Position numbers and translations under genes: made by a program. This document shows positions 18,181-28,818 of a stretch of 57,433 bases of DNA, piece after piece. Each line of letters starts with the position of its first letter. Within the stretch, counting starts at the first letter, position 1. A model generated the notes under the pieces. The model saw only the letters and a program-made list of their open reading frames with translations. It was not told where the DNA came from and searched no databases. The stretch is from Cellulomonas sp. (lineage in GTDB: Bacteria; Actinomycetota; Actinomycetes; Actinomycetales; Cellulomonadaceae): assembly GCA_022013895.1 (NCBI GenBank), contig JAKLPK010000057.1, positions 1 through 57,433 of the forward strand. Reading direction: 5' to 3'.

Positions 18181-20523
18181 ATGAACCGCCGCAGGGGCGC
18201 CATCGCCGCCGGACTCACCGCGGTCGCGGTGCTGGTCACCGGCATCGCACTGATCCGCCCAGCCGGTGAGGAGCCGACCGTGCCCGGGTCGCCGGCCGCC
18301 CCGGGCTGGCGACCCGTGAGCGTCGACGATGCGCTGGTGCCGGCCGCGGAGCGGATGGCCGACATCGCGCTCGTGCCGTTCGCCCCGGACCGACCGGGAG
18401 TGGCGGCGGGCCGGCTGGTGCGGCCCGGATCGGCCGGTGAGCTCACGATCTGGCAGGTCCAGGAGCCAGGACGCTGGTCGGGGGCGCAGCTCGGGGTGCC
18501 CGAACCGGTCACCTCCATCGTGATGGCCGGCGACGACGGTCTGGTCGCGGTGGCCGGGTCGACCTGGCAGGACGGCGCTGCCGGCACCTACCTCGTCACC
18601 TCGAGCGATCGGTCCACCTGGCACCGGGTCGTCCTTCCCCCCGAGGCCGAGCGCATCGACCTGACCGCCGCGACCGTGACGGGTGGCGGCGTCTATCTGC
18701 TCGGCACGGTGCGCGGCACCCAGAGCGGGCGGCTGGTCGTCGTGCACGACGACCAGGTCACGATCCACGAGCTGCCGGCGGTCGCCGGGGCCGAGGAGCT
18801 CGCCACCCTCGGCGTGGCCGGTGACGGCACCCGGCTGCTGGTGACCCAGCGGACACGATCGGGCGACGCCTGGTCGAACTCGGTGATCCGGTCCGACGAC
18901 GACGGCCTCACGTGGTCGGCTCCGCAGCCGGTGGACAGCGAGCCCGTCGCATCCGTCTCGGCGCTGGTCCGTGCCGCGGACGGGTGGCTGGCCGTCGGGT
19001 CGGTCCCGTCACCGTCCGATCCGACGCTCTGGGTCCCGCAGGCATGGTCGTCCTCCGACGGGACGGTCTGGGCGCGCGACCAGGTCGATCCGCCCGAGGG
19101 CGGGTGGTCGCAGGACGACTCCCAGTGGTTCAGCTCGCTCGCGACCCGGGACGGTGCCGCGGCTGCGGCCGTGCTGCACGGCGGCTCCACCCGCACATCG
19201 GTCTACAGCCGGGCCGACGGGCGTTGGTCCCTCGTGACGATCTCCGACCCGTTCACCGATCTCGAGCCGTCCGCCCAGGTGACGATCACCCCCGGTCTCG
19301 ACTACTGGGTGGTGCGGCAGGGCGACCGCAGCGGCGGGGTCTGGGAGTACCTGGCGGCGCAGCCCGGCTGGGCGCGCATCGACTCCGCGGAGTCGACCGA
19401 CCCGGTGGTCCGGACCGTCACCGGGATCGGCCCGGGCTCGATCGCGGCCGTTCGTCCGATGATCGAGACCAGCACGACGGGGTGGCGCACCTGGAGCGAG
19501 CCCGGCCGGTTCGTCCTCGACGACCAGGGCCTGCGCCAGGTCGACTGGCCGTCCACTCTGCTCGACGAGGTGAGCGCGGTGTTCGCGGCCCGCCGGCCCG
19601 GGGCCGACGATGTCCTCTACGTCGGCTACGGCTGGAAGGACACGCTCGACGGGCTGCGGCTGACCGGGGTTCTCGACCGGACCGACGGCACGGCGAGCAG
19701 CGTGGGTGGGATCGCCACGGGCGTGGCTCCCCGGGTCACGGGTGTGCTGGGTACCCAGGACGAGTGGGTCGTCGTCGGTGCCCGCCGGGCTGACGTGGGC
19801 CCCTCCTCCGACGACGAACCGGTGCTGTGGACCTCGGACGACGCGGTGTCCTGGGACGAGGACGGACCCGACGAGCTGGGCGTCCCGGGCCGGACCGGTG
19901 TGGTGCGCGGCGCCTGCACGATGCCGGACGGTTCCATGATCGCCGTCGGCTGGTCCGGGACCACAGGGCGGACCGAGACGAGCGCCCGGGTGTGGTACCC
20001 GCACGGCGACAGCTGGTCGGTCGCGACCCCGGTGGCCGGTGACGGCTGGTTCAGCGGATGCACGTCCACTCCCGCAGGAGTCGTCCTGACCGGCACGATC
20101 GGCGACGACAACCTCTGGTTCAGCGCCGATGGGACCACCCTGACCGCGGTGGACCCGGCGCCACAGAGCACGATCGGCACCCCCGTCGCACTGGGCGCCG
20201 ATGGCGAGGACAGCCCCGATCCGGCCGAGGTCCGGTGGCTCGTCGCCGTCGGCTCGGTGAGCGAGGAGGACTATCAGGGCCCGGTGCTGTGGGTGTCCCG
20301 CGACGGGCGGCAGTGGGACTGGATGCGCATCCCGAGCAGGTCACCGGCCGCCTCGGGAGCCGTGGTCCCGGCCGCCGGCGGCCCACTGGTCGTGATCGAG
20401 GCCGAGGGCGGGATCCAGGCGTGGCAGCTGACCGACGCCCAGGACACCTTCACGGCCCTGACCGCCTCGCCGACGGCCTCCGGCAGCCCGAGCGGCCCCC
20501 TGTCCACGGCTTTCGTCCCATGA
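18181..20523 (+). CDS. secreted/membrane-anchored Asp-box (BNR-like) repeat protein, probable beta-propeller
   Basis: GGGGAG RBS; basic then hydrophobic N-terminus; repeated SxDGxxW motifs (SDDDGLTW, SSDGTVW, SDDAVSW, SRDGRQW). Confidence 0.65.
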   Translation: MNRRRGAIAAGLTAVAVLVTGIALIRPAGEEPTVPGSPAAPGWRPVSVDDALVPAAERMADIALVPFAPDRPGVAAGRLVRPGSAGELTIWQVQEPGRWSGAQLGVPEPVTSIVMAGDDGLVAVAGSTWQDGAAGTYLVTSSDRSTWHRVVLPPEAERIDLTAATVTGGGVYLLGTVRGTQSGRLVVVHDDQVTIHELPAVAGAEELATLGVAGDGTRLLVTQRTRSGDAWSNSVIRSDDDGLTWSAPQPVDSEPVASVSALVRAADGWLAVGSVPSPSDPTLWVPQAWSSSDGTVWARDQVDPPEGGWSQDDSQWFSSLATRDGAAAAAVLHGGSTRTSVYSRADGRWSLVTISDPFTDLEPSAQVTITPGLDYWVVRQGDRSGGVWEYLAAQPGWARIDSAESTDPVVRTVTGIGPGSIAAVRPMIETSTTGWRTWSEPGRFVLDDQGLRQVDWPSTLLDEVSAVFAARRPGADDVLYVGYGWKDTLDGLRLTGVLDRTDGTASSVGGIATGVAPRVTGVLGTQDEWVVVGARRADVGPSSDDEPVLWTSDDAVSWDEDGPDELGVPGRTGVVRGACTMPDGSMIAVGWSGTTGRTETSARVWYPHGDSWSVATPVAGDGWFSGCTSTPAGVVLTGTIGDDNLWFSADGTTLTAVDPAPQSTIGTPVALGADGEDSPDPAEVRWLVAVGSVSEEDYQGPVLWVSRDGRQWDWMRIPSRSPAASGAVVPAAGGPLVVIEAEGGIQAWQLTDAQDTFTALTASPTASGSPSGPLSTAFVP

Positions 20524-20554
20524 TCCTGCGGCCATCCTCCGGCAGGCTGGGTCG

Positions 20555-21412
20555 GTGCTGAGCATCCCCGCTGCCGTCCGTGGCCAGGCCGACGCCGCCG
20601 TCCACAAGCTCGACCTCACGGCCACGCCCGGTGTGTTCCTGGTGCGCACCATGCTGGCCGGCGCCTACATCGGTATCGGCGTGCTCATCATGGTGACCGC
20701 CGGCGGGCCGCTCGTGCAGGCCGGGTCGCCGTGGGCGCCACTGGTCCAGGGTCTGGTGTTCGGCGTCGCGCTCACCATCGTCGTGGTCGCCGGGGCCGAG
20801 CTGGCGACCTCGGCCATGATGATCCTCACCCAGGGCGTGCTCACCGGGGTGGTCCGGGTCGGCCGGGCCAGCGGTGTGCTGCTGGCGGTGCTGGGCGGCA
20901 ACCTGCTGGGGGCGTTCGTCTTCGCCCTGCTGCTGCAGGCCTCGGGTGTGCTGGCACCGACGACAGCCGCCGGCACGACGATCGCCTCGATGATCGAGCA
21001 CAAGGCTGCCGAGACCACGGGTCAGCTGTTCGTCCGCGGCATCCTGTGCAACCTGCTGGTCTGCCTGGCGATCTGGTGCGCGGGCCGGCTGGAGTCCGAG
21101 GGCGCGCGGATCGCCGTCGTCTTCGCCTGCGTCATGGTGTTCATCACCTCCGGCTTCGAGCACGTCGTGGCGAACATGACCACCTTCTCCTTCGGGCTGC
21201 TGGCCGGGCTGCCGGGGGCGACCGTGGCCGAGTTCGCGCGCAACGTGGCGGCCGTGGGTCTGGGCAACCTCGTCGGCGGAGGACTGCTCGTCGGGGCGGC
21301 CTACGCCTACGGCTCGGGTCCGCGCAGCACGACCTCGCCCACTGACCCGCACGTCCCCGCCGAGGCGGCCCCCGCTGTCGCCGAGCCCGAGGTCGCAGCG
21401 CCGGCCCGCTGA
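20555..21412 (+). CDS. formate/nitrite transporter (FNT) family channel
   Basis: AGAELATS, GILCNLLVCLAIW, GFEHVVANM, GNLVGG. Confidence 0.92.
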   Translation: MLSIPAAVRGQADAAVHKLDLTATPGVFLVRTMLAGAYIGIGVLIMVTAGGPLVQAGSPWAPLVQGLVFGVALTIVVVAGAELATSAMMILTQGVLTGVVRVGRASGVLLAVLGGNLLGAFVFALLLQASGVLAPTTAAGTTIASMIEHKAAETTGQLFVRGILCNLLVCLAIWCAGRLESEGARIAVVFACVMVFITSGFEHVVANMTTFSFGLLAGLPGATVAEFARNVAAVGLGNLVGGGLLVGAAYAYGSGPRSTTSPTDPHVPAEAAPAVAEPEVAAPAR

Positions 21413-21420
21413 CCGGGTCG

Positions 21421-21465
21421 CACCACCCGCGACGACACCACCTGCGACGACACGACCTGCGACAA
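21421..21465 (+). repeat. 15-bp tandem repeat x3
   Basis: CACCACCCGCGACGA CACCACCTGCGACGA CACGACCTGCGACAA. Confidence 0.65.
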
Positions 21466-21535
21466 GGGGCGGCGGAGGGCACTTCCCCCTAGCGTGGGGA
21501 GGCCAGGTGACGACCGACACCTCCCGGAGGATGAC

Positions 21536-22405
21536 GTGACCGAGCCCAGCGCTGGAAGCCCGCCCGCGCAACCCGATGACGAGAAGCTCGTCGGGCCCGA
21601 CGCCGACCCGGTCGAGACCGCGGACGACGCGGCCCGGCACGCCGTCGCGCGTCCGGCTCCGGTCCCGCCCGGCCCGGCCCCCACCGAGGTCCTCCCACCC
21701 GCTGCGGCGGGCGACTCCACGTCCGCTGCTGTGCCCGGCCCCACAGCGCCAGGCACAGGAGCGCCCGGCACAGCGCCGAGCCCGTCGGGGAACCCCCCCG
21801 TGCTCGGCGAGGAGCCCGCGACCCCGCCGCAGCACGCGGCCGCGCCGGCCCCACCGCCCGCAGGTGCTCCCGCACCCGTCCCGCCCGACGGCGACACCGG
21901 TTTCGACTTCCCGGACCCGCACCCGCCGGCTGCACCCGGTATCTGGGCGCATGTGCTCGGAGTGCTCGTCGGTCTGGTGCTCGCGCCGGTCGGTGCGCTC
22001 GCACTGCTGCTCGGCCAGTCGCGCATCCTCGTCGTCCAGGCGGACCACTGGGACGGTGACGTCGAGGCGCTCGGCATCGCCCTGGTCGCCGTCGGTGCCC
22101 TGCTCCTGGCGGCGCTGGCGTTGCTGGGGATCTGGACCGCCGCCGCGCCCATCACGGGTGGCGGCGCCCTGCTGCTCATCGGCGCACCCGCGCTCCTGAC
22201 CCCCGGCTTCATGTCGCGGCAGACGCTCGTGCTCATCGACCCCGAGGGGTGGCACGCGACCATCACGCAGACCGTCGTCGCGGGCACCTCGGGCACGCTG
22301 CTGCTCGCGGGGTTGCTCCTGCTGGTCGCCGGGTTGGTGGCCGCGGCCGCCCGCCGCCGCGGCCTGCGCCTGGGGGCATTCCGCGAACGGCACCGGGCGG
22401 GCTGA
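21536..22405 (+). CDS. hypothetical membrane protein with Pro/Ala-rich N-terminus and about 4 TM helices
   Basis: GGAGG RBS before GTG; composition and hydrophobic segments. Confidence 0.7.
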   Translation: MTEPSAGSPPAQPDDEKLVGPDADPVETADDAARHAVARPAPVPPGPAPTEVLPPAAAGDSTSAAVPGPTAPGTGAPGTAPSPSGNPPVLGEEPATPPQHAAAPAPPPAGAPAPVPPDGDTGFDFPDPHPPAAPGIWAHVLGVLVGLVLAPVGALALLLGQSRILVVQADHWDGDVEALGIALVAVGALLLAALALLGIWTAAAPITGGGALLLIGAPALLTPGFMSRQTLVLIDPEGWHATITQTVVAGTSGTLLLAGLLLLVAGLVAAAARRRGLRLGAFRERHRAG

Positions 22406-22435
22406 GCCCCTTCGCCGGAATCCACTTCTCCATCT

Positions 22436-22467
22436 AGGCCGAAAGTCCCGGCGGGACGGGCTAGTCT
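22436..22467 (+). promoter_or_regulatory. DosR-like box followed by -10 element upstream of acs
   Basis: AGGCCGAAAGTCCC (22436-22449); TAGTCT (22462-22467). Confidence 0.5.
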
Positions 22468-22513
22468 CCGGAGCGCAGCACGTGCACCGACGATGATGTA
22501 CGGAGAGTGGCCC

Positions 22514-24502
22514 GTGACCGAGCAGCAGCAGCACGCACCCACGCCGGGGCTGGAGAACCTCCTGTCCGAGGAGCGCAGGTTCTCCCCGCCTCCCGACCTG
22601 GCGACGCACGCGAACGCCACCAGCGACCTGTACGCCTGGGCGAACGCCGACCGCCCCGCGTTCTGGGCGGAGCAGGCACGTCAGGTGCTCACCTGGGACA
22701 AGCCGTTCACCCAGAGCCTCGACTGGTCGAACGCCCCGTTCGCCACCTGGTTCGCCGACGGTGAGCTGAACGCCGCCTACAACGCCGTCGACCGGCATGT
22801 CGAGGCAGGGCACGGCGACCGGGTGGCGATCCACTTCGAGGGCGAACCCGGGGACACCCGGACCCTCACCTACGCCGATCTGCAGCGCGAGGTCTCCCGG
22901 GCGGCCAACGCCCTCACGGCGCTCGGCGTCAGCACCGGCGACCGGGTCGCCGTCTACCTGCCGATGATCCCGGAGGCCGTCATCACGATGCTGGCCTGCG
23001 CCCGCATCGGAGCGCCGCACTCCGTGGTGTTCGGCGGGTTCTCCGCCGAGGCCCTGTACTCCCGCATCCTGGACGCCGAGGCGAAGGTCGTCGTCACCGC
23101 CGACGGCGGGTTCCGCCGGGGCGCGGCCGCCGCCCTCAAACCCGCGGTCGACGAGGCGCTGGACAAGGGCCCGACCACGGTGAACCACGTGCTCGTCGTG
23201 CGCCGCACCGGCCAGGACACCGCATGGACGCCCGGCCGGGACGTGTGGTGGCACGAGGTCGTCGACACCGCCTCCGACCAGCACACGCCGGTCCCGGTCA
23301 ATGCCGAGCACCCGCTGTTCATCCTCTACACCTCAGGCACCACCGGGAAGCCCAAGGGCATCCTGCACACCACGGGTGGCTACCTCACCCAGGCGGCGTT
23401 CACGCACCTCAACGTCTTCGACCTCAAGCCGGAGACCGATGTGTACTGGTGCACCGCCGACGTCGGCTGGATCACCGGGCACTCCTACGTCACGTACGGC
23501 CCGCTGGTGAACGGCGCGACCCAGGTGATCTACGAGGGCACCCCGGACACCCCGGACCGCGGCCGCTGGTGGTCGATCATCGACAAGTACAAGGTCTCGA
23601 TCCTCTACACCGCGCCCACCGCCATCCGCTCCTGCATGAAGTGGGGCGAGCAGTGGCCGGACGCCCACGACCTGTCCTCGCTGCGGGTGCTCGGATCGGT
23701 CGGGGAGCCCATCAACCCCGAGGCGTGGATGTGGTACCACCGCACCATCGGCGGCGAGCGCGCACCCATCGTCGACACCTGGTGGCAGACCGAGACGGGC
23801 GCCATCATGATCAGCCCGCTGCCGGGGGGCACCACCACCAAACCCGGGTCCGCCCAGGTCCCGCTGCCCGGGATCGCCGCCGATGTGATCGACGACGAGA
23901 CGGTGTCGGTGCCCAACGGTTCGGGCGGCTACCTGGTGCTCACCGAACCGTGGCCGTCGATGCTGCGCGGCATCTGGGGCGACCCGGACCGCTACGTCGA
24001 CACCTACTGGTCACGGTTCAAGGGCATCTACTTCGCCGGTGACGGTGCGAAGAAGGACGAGGACGGCGACATCTGGCTGCTCGGCCGGGTGGACGATGTG
24101 ATGAACGTGTCCGGCCACCGGCTGTCCACCACCGAGATCGAGTCCGCCCTGGTCAGCCACGAGTGGGTGGCCGAGGCGGCCGTGGTCGGCGCCACGGACG
24201 AGACCACGGGTCAGGCGGTCGTCGCGTTCGTCATCCTGCGCGGCGATGCGACGGGCGCCTCGCTGCCCGCCGACGAGGTCGCCGCCCAGCTGCGAGCACA
24301 CGTCGCCAAGGTCATCGGGCCGATCGCCAAACCGCGGCAGATCCTCGTCGTCCCGGAGCTACCCAAGACCCGGTCCGGCAAGATCATGCGCCGCCTGCTG
24401 CGGGACGTCGCCGAGCACCGGGTCGTCGGCGATGCGACGACGCTGGCCGACTCCTCGGTGATGGACCTCATCGCCGCGGGGCTGGCCACACCCAAGGCGT
24501 AG
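22514..24502 (+). CDS. acs: acetate--CoA ligase
   Basis: [32 protein letters not shown]. Confidence 0.96.
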   Translation: MTEQQQHAPTPGLENLLSEERRFSPPPDLATHANATSDLYAWANADRPAFWAEQARQVLTWDKPFTQSLDWSNAPFATWFADGELNAAYNAVDRHVEAGHGDRVAIHFEGEPGDTRTLTYADLQREVSRAANALTALGVSTGDRVAVYLPMIPEAVITMLACARIGAPHSVVFGGFSAEALYSRILDAEAKVVVTADGGFRRGAAAALKPAVDEALDKGPTTVNHVLVVRRTGQDTAWTPGRDVWWHEVVDTASDQHTPVPVNAEHPLFILYTSGTTGKPKGILHTTGGYLTQAAFTHLNVFDLKPETDVYWCTADVGWITGHSYVTYGPLVNGATQVIYEGTPDTPDRGRWWSIIDKYKVSILYTAPTAIRSCMKWGEQWPDAHDLSSLRVLGSVGEPINPEAWMWYHRTIGGERAPIVDTWWQTETGAIMISPLPGGTTTKPGSAQVPLPGIAADVIDDETVSVPNGSGGYLVLTEPWPSMLRGIWGDPDRYVDTYWSRFKGIYFAGDGAKKDEDGDIWLLGRVDDVMNVSGHRLSTTEIESALVSHEWVAEAAVVGATDETTGQAVVAFVILRGDATGASLPADEVAAQLRAHVAKVIGPIAKPRQILVVPELPKTRSGKIMRRLLRDVAEHRVVGDATTLADSSVMDLIAAGLATPKA

Positions 24503-24509
24503 CAGGCGG

Positions 24510-25481
24510 TCAGCGTGCCGGCAGCCCCCGCACGAACTCCTCGTGCACCGGCCAGCGGCGCGCACCGCCGCCCTCGTGGTCGTTGAACGGGTAGACGGTG
24601 ATGTCCTTACGACCTGCGTAGCGGTTGTAGGCGGCGAACACCGTGGACGGTGGGCAGATCGGGTCGAGCAGCGCCGTCGAGAACAGGGCCGGCGCCGACG
24701 CGCGGGCAGCGAAGCTCACCCCGTCCATGTAGGACAGCGTGTCGAACACCAGATCCACCCGGTCGCGGTGCACTGCGAGGTATCGGGCGATCTCGGCGTA
24801 CGGATCGGCCTCGGTCAGTCCCACCGCACGTTCGAAGTGGCAGCAGAACGGCACGTCGACGAGGGCTCCCGCCAGGTCGTCGCGCAGACCGGCGACGGCC
24901 AGCGCGATACCGCCACCCTGGCTGATCCCGGCGACGACGAGCCGCGCGGGATCGACCCCGTCGAGATGCCGGACCGCATCGACGCAGCGCACCGCGTCGA
25001 TGAACACCCGACGGTAGTAGTAGCCGTCGGGGTCCTCGATCCCGCGCGTCGTGAACCCCGGGACCGCCGGCCCGGCACCGTGCGGGTCGTCGGTGACCCC
25101 ACCGCCGCCCCAGGCCGAGCCCTGCCCGCGGGTGTCCATCACCACGTACGCGTACCCGGCGACCGGCCAGGGGAGCCGCTCGTGCGGCAGCCCACGCCCA
25201 CCGCCGTAGCCGATGAACTCGACGACGGTCGCGAGCGGGGCGTCCGTGCCGGCCGGCCGCAGGTACCAGCCCCGGATCGGGTCCCCGCCGAACCCCGGGA
25301 AGGTCAGCTCGTGGACCGCCACCCCGACCAGCGGGGAGTCGACCCTCCGGGCCACCGGTGCGCCCCCGAGCGCCCGGGCCGCCGCGACGCCCTCCGCCCA
25401 GAAGGCGTCGAAGTCCTGCGGCTCGCGGACCTGCGGCGCGTACACGCGCAGCTCGTCGAGACTCAGGTCGAAGCGGGGCAT
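24510..25481 (-). CDS. acetylxylan esterase / cephalosporin-C deacetylase (CE7)
   Basis: DTRGQG, GISQGG, D.ICPPST, NDHEGG; GGAGG RBS. Confidence 0.92.
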   Translation of the reverse strand: MPRFDLSLDELRVYAPQVREPQDFDAFWAEGVAAARALGGAPVARRVDSPLVGVAVHELTFPGFGGDPIRGWYLRPAGTDAPLATVVEFIGYGGGRGLPHERLPWPVAGYAYVVMDTRGQGSAWGGGGVTDDPHGAGPAVPGFTTRGIEDPDGYYYRRVFIDAVRCVDAVRHLDGVDPARLVVAGISQGGGIALAVAGLRDDLAGALVDVPFCCHFERAVGLTEADPYAEIARYLAVHRDRVDLVFDTLSYMDGVSFAARASAPALFSTALLDPICPPSTVFAAYNRYAGRKDITVYPFNDHEGGGARRWPVHEEFVRGLPAR

Positions 25482-25697
25482 GGTGGGGCCCTCCAGGTCG
25501 GGTGATCGCGGAGGACGCCGTTCGGCGCCCCTTCCATCGCACCCGTCGAGACACCCGCCCGGCAACCGCCACCTGGCGGGCAGGAGCGGCCAACCCGCAT
25601 CCTCCTGGCGGTGGTCCGCACCGCCGGCGCACCAGCAGAGTGAACCCGCGGCGCTGACCCCAGCATCGTGACTTCAACGAAGAAGGGCACGCCTGTG

Positions 25698-27056
25698 ATG
25701 AGCACGAAAGGTTGGCGCGGGACCCGCGCCACGTCGATCGGACTCCTGACCGCGGTGAGCGTCGCTGCGCTGGCCGCATGCACCCCGACCGGCAGCGGTG
25801 CGAGCAGCACGTCCACCACCACCGCATCGGTGAGCACGGAGCTCACGACCGACGACGTGGTGCTCAACGTCTACCTGGAGACCAACTTCCAGGAGGCGTT
25901 CAAGACCCTCGCGGCCGAGTTCACCAAGGAGTACCCGAACGTCACGTTCGAGTTCCAGTCGGACACGTTCGCCAACCTGGCGCAGAACGCGACCAAGATC
26001 ATCTCCAGCCCGGACGCGCCCGACATCATGCGCTACCCGACCGTGTCCCAGGCCGCGCAGGACGGGATCCTCACGAACCTCGACACCTACGCCGCTGCGT
26101 ACGGGTGGGACGACTGGCCGCAGGGCACCCTCAATCAGGTGCGGGTGAAGTCGGACGGCTCCCGGGGTGAGGGCGGTTCGCTGTACGCGCTCGGCATCGG
26201 CTACTCCGTGACCGGCGTTTTCTACAACGAGGCGCTCGCCGAGAAGGCCGGCATCACCTCGGTGCCGACCACGCTCGAGGAGTTCGAGGCCGATCTCGCC
26301 AAGGCGAAGGCAGCCGGCGAGGTGCCGATCATGGTCGGCAACCAGGACTACAACGGGGCGTTCCCGCTGCAGGCGGTGCAGAACCAGCTCGAGGGTCTGG
26401 ACTCGCTCAAGAGCTGGCTCTACGACAGCGCCGACGCGACCTACCAGCTCGACTCGTCGGTCGAGGCCGCCACGACCATCCAGGACTGGGCCACCCAGGG
26501 CTACTTCCCGGACGATGTCAACGCGATCGACTACGCGACCTCGGTGGGTCGGTTCGCACAGGGCGAGGGCGTGTTCATGATCAACGGCGACTGGTCGGCG
26601 GCTGCCTTCGACGCCGCGAATGCCGGTGGGTACGGGTTCTTCCTGTTCCCCGGCGAGACCGAGTCGAGCGCGCACGTGGCCATGGCGGCACCGTCGACGT
26701 ACGTCATCCCGTCGAGCGCCGCTGACCCGGGCACCGCCGCGTACTTCCTCAACTGGGTGCACACGAACACGCAGGCTCGCCAGATCGTGCTGGACATCAC
26801 CGGCTCCTCCCCGGGTGGGCCCGCCGACCTCGCTGCGCCGACCCCCAAGGAGGGCACCCTGGCGGTCGACACCGTCGCGGCGGCCACCCAGCTCGCCGAG
26901 GACGACGGCGCGATCGACTTCCTCGGCAACGCCACCCCGGGCATCCTCACCTCGACCCTCGGGCCGAACCTGCAGCTGCTGCTCACCAACCGGATGACGC
27001 CGGATGACTTCGTCTCGAGCGTGCAGAAGGCGTACGACACCGAGCTCGGGCGATGA
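25698..27056 (+). CDS. carbohydrate ABC transporter substrate-binding lipoprotein
   Basis: Lipobox LAAC, Ser/Thr linker, family-1 SBP features (APDI, GVFYN..L, NGDW). Confidence 0.88.
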   Translation: MSTKGWRGTRATSIGLLTAVSVAALAACTPTGSGASSTSTTTASVSTELTTDDVVLNVYLETNFQEAFKTLAAEFTKEYPNVTFEFQSDTFANLAQNATKIISSPDAPDIMRYPTVSQAAQDGILTNLDTYAAAYGWDDWPQGTLNQVRVKSDGSRGEGGSLYALGIGYSVTGVFYNEALAEKAGITSVPTTLEEFEADLAKAKAAGEVPIMVGNQDYNGAFPLQAVQNQLEGLDSLKSWLYDSADATYQLDSSVEAATTIQDWATQGYFPDDVNAIDYATSVGRFAQGEGVFMINGDWSAAAFDAANAGGYGFFLFPGETESSAHVAMAAPSTYVIPSSAADPGTAAYFLNWVHTNTQARQIVLDITGSSPGGPADLAAPTPKEGTLAVDTVAAATQLAEDDGAIDFLGNATPGILTSTLGPNLQLLLTNRMTPDDFVSSVQKAYDTELGR

Positions 27057-27988
27057 CCAGCACGACACCGAGCACCGTCGGCCGCGGGGACCTCGTTCCC
27101 CGCGGCCGCGGTGCCCGAGCCCGGCGCAACCGCCACCGCTGGGTCGGCTGGCTGTACGTCCTGCCCGCGATGGCGCTGTACGGGTGGTTCGTCCTGCAGC
27201 CGTTCGGCCTGTCGGTCCAGTACTCGTTCTTCGACTGGAACGGCATCGGGGTGGCCGAGTGGGTCGGCCTGGAGAACTACGTGCAGGTCTTCTCCGACTC
27301 CAGCCGGCTGGGCGCCCTGCTCAACTCCTTCAAGCTGATCTTCTTCTACTCGGTGCTCTCGATCGGCATCGGTCTGCTCGCTGCGACCCTCACCCGGTCG
27401 ATGGCCTCGCGGTGGAGCCGGGCGGCACAGACCATCCTGTTCCTGCCCCAGGTGGTGCCGCTGGTGGGCGCCGCGATCGCCTGGAAGTGGCTGTACGCCG
27501 AGGACGGTGCGATCAACCAGCTGCTGCGTGCAGTCGGTCTGGGATCCATCGCCCGGCCGTGGCTGGCCGACTTCACCTGGGCGCTGCCGGCCGTCGGCAT
27601 CGTCGGGACCTGGGTGACGCTCGGGCTGTGCACGATGCTGCTGAGCACCGGCATGGGCAAGATCGACCAGGCGTTGTACGACGCGGCACGTGTCGACGGC
27701 GCCGGGCCCGTGCAGGAGTTCCTCGCCGTCACCCTGCCGGGTGTGCGCAACGAGCTGGCCGTCGCGGTCACGATCACCCTGATCGGCGCGCTCGCCAGCT
27801 TCGACGTGGTCTACGTCATGACGCTCGGCGGGCCCGGTCGGGCCACCATGGTGCCGGGCGTCGACGTCTACCAGCTCTCGTTCAACCAGGCCCGGGTGGG
27901 CGCCGGGGCTGCGATGGGCGTCGTGCTCATGGTCCTGGTGCTCCTCGTGGTCGTCCCGGTCCAGCGACTCGTGCGAGGAAAGTCATGA
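27053..27988 (+). CDS. carbohydrate ABC transporter permease
   Basis: VGLENY, YDAARVDGA, SFDVVYVMT.GGP. Confidence 0.92.
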   Translation: MTSTTPSTVGRGDLVPRGRGARARRNRHRWVGWLYVLPAMALYGWFVLQPFGLSVQYSFFDWNGIGVAEWVGLENYVQVFSDSSRLGALLNSFKLIFFYSVLSIGIGLLAATLTRSMASRWSRAAQTILFLPQVVPLVGAAIAWKWLYAEDGAINQLLRAVGLGSIARPWLADFTWALPAVGIVGTWVTLGLCTMLLSTGMGKIDQALYDAARVDGAGPVQEFLAVTLPGVRNELAVAVTITLIGALASFDVVYVMTLGGPGRATMVPGVDVYQLSFNQARVGAGAAMGVVLMVLVLLVVVPVQRLVRGKS

Positions 27989-28818
27989 ACAGCCGCCGCA
28001 TGTCTGCGCGTGAGCGGTGGTCCGGTCGGGTCATCCTCCTGCTGCTCGTCCTGTTCACCCTGCTGCCGTTCGTCGGCATGCTCAGCGCCGCCCTGCAGGA
28101 GGCAGGCAGCTCCCCGACCGGGCTGACGATCCCGAACCCGATGCACTGGGAGAACTTCGTCACGGCGTTCGAGACCGCCCAGCTCCCGCAGCTCATGACG
28201 TCCAGCACGTTGCTCGTCGTCATGGTGGTGCCGATCGCGCTGGTGCTGGCCACCATGGCCGCCTACGGCCTGGCTGTGCTGCGCGTCCCGGGCGGCGTCA
28301 TCGCTCTGGGGCTGCTGCTGCTGGGGCTGACGATCCCGTTCGAGGGTCTCATCTGGCCGCTGTACTACATGATGCGGACCTACGGGTTGCTCAACACCCG
28401 GCTGGCCATCGCGCTCCCGCTCATCGCGCTCTACATGCCGTTCGGCATCATCTGGATGCGCGCACACTTCGCGGGCGTGCCGAACGAGCTCAACGAGGCG
28501 GCTGCGCTCGACGGTGCCGGTTCGTGGGCCATGCTGCGCCGCATCCACCTGCCGCTGGCGCGACCGGCCCTGTCGACCCTCGCGGTGCTCTTCAGCCTGT
28601 GGACCTGGAACCAGTTCATCATCGCCCTGGTCATGATGGACGATCCGCTCAAACGGACCGTCGCCGGCGCGCTCGGCGCCTTCCAGGGGCAGTACGGCCA
28701 GGACATCGTGCTGATGTCGGCAGCCGCACTGCTCGTCATGCTTCCGACGATCGCCGTGTTCGTGGTCTTCCAGAAGCAGTTCGTCGCAGCCCTCCTCCAA
28801 GGATCGGTCAAGGGATGA
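27985..28818 (+). CDS. carbohydrate ABC transporter permease
   Basis: EAAALDGA, WNQF, QKQFV..LLQGSVKG; ATGA overlaps. Confidence 0.92.
   Translation: MNSRRMSARERWSGRVILLLLVLFTLLPFVGMLSAALQEAGSSPTGLTIPNPMHWENFVTAFETAQLPQLMTSSTLLVVMVVPIALVLATMAAYGLAVLRVPGGVIALGLLLLGLTIPFEGLIWPLYYMMRTYGLLNTRLAIALPLIALYMPFGIIWMRAHFAGVPNELNEAAALDGAGSWAMLRRIHLPLARPALSTLAVLFSLWTWNQFIIALVMMDDPLKRTVAGALGAFQGQYGQDIVLMSAAALLVMLPTIAVFVVFQKQFVAALLQGSVKG

Noticed and set aside
20450-23311. 953-aa minus-strand ORF, and similar ones at 8752-11301, 54402-57386, 3813-5651 and 44593-46578
   Set aside because: Mirror frames of genuine genes (acs/FNT, helicase, LLM, nrdD, hydrogenase) caused by codon bias
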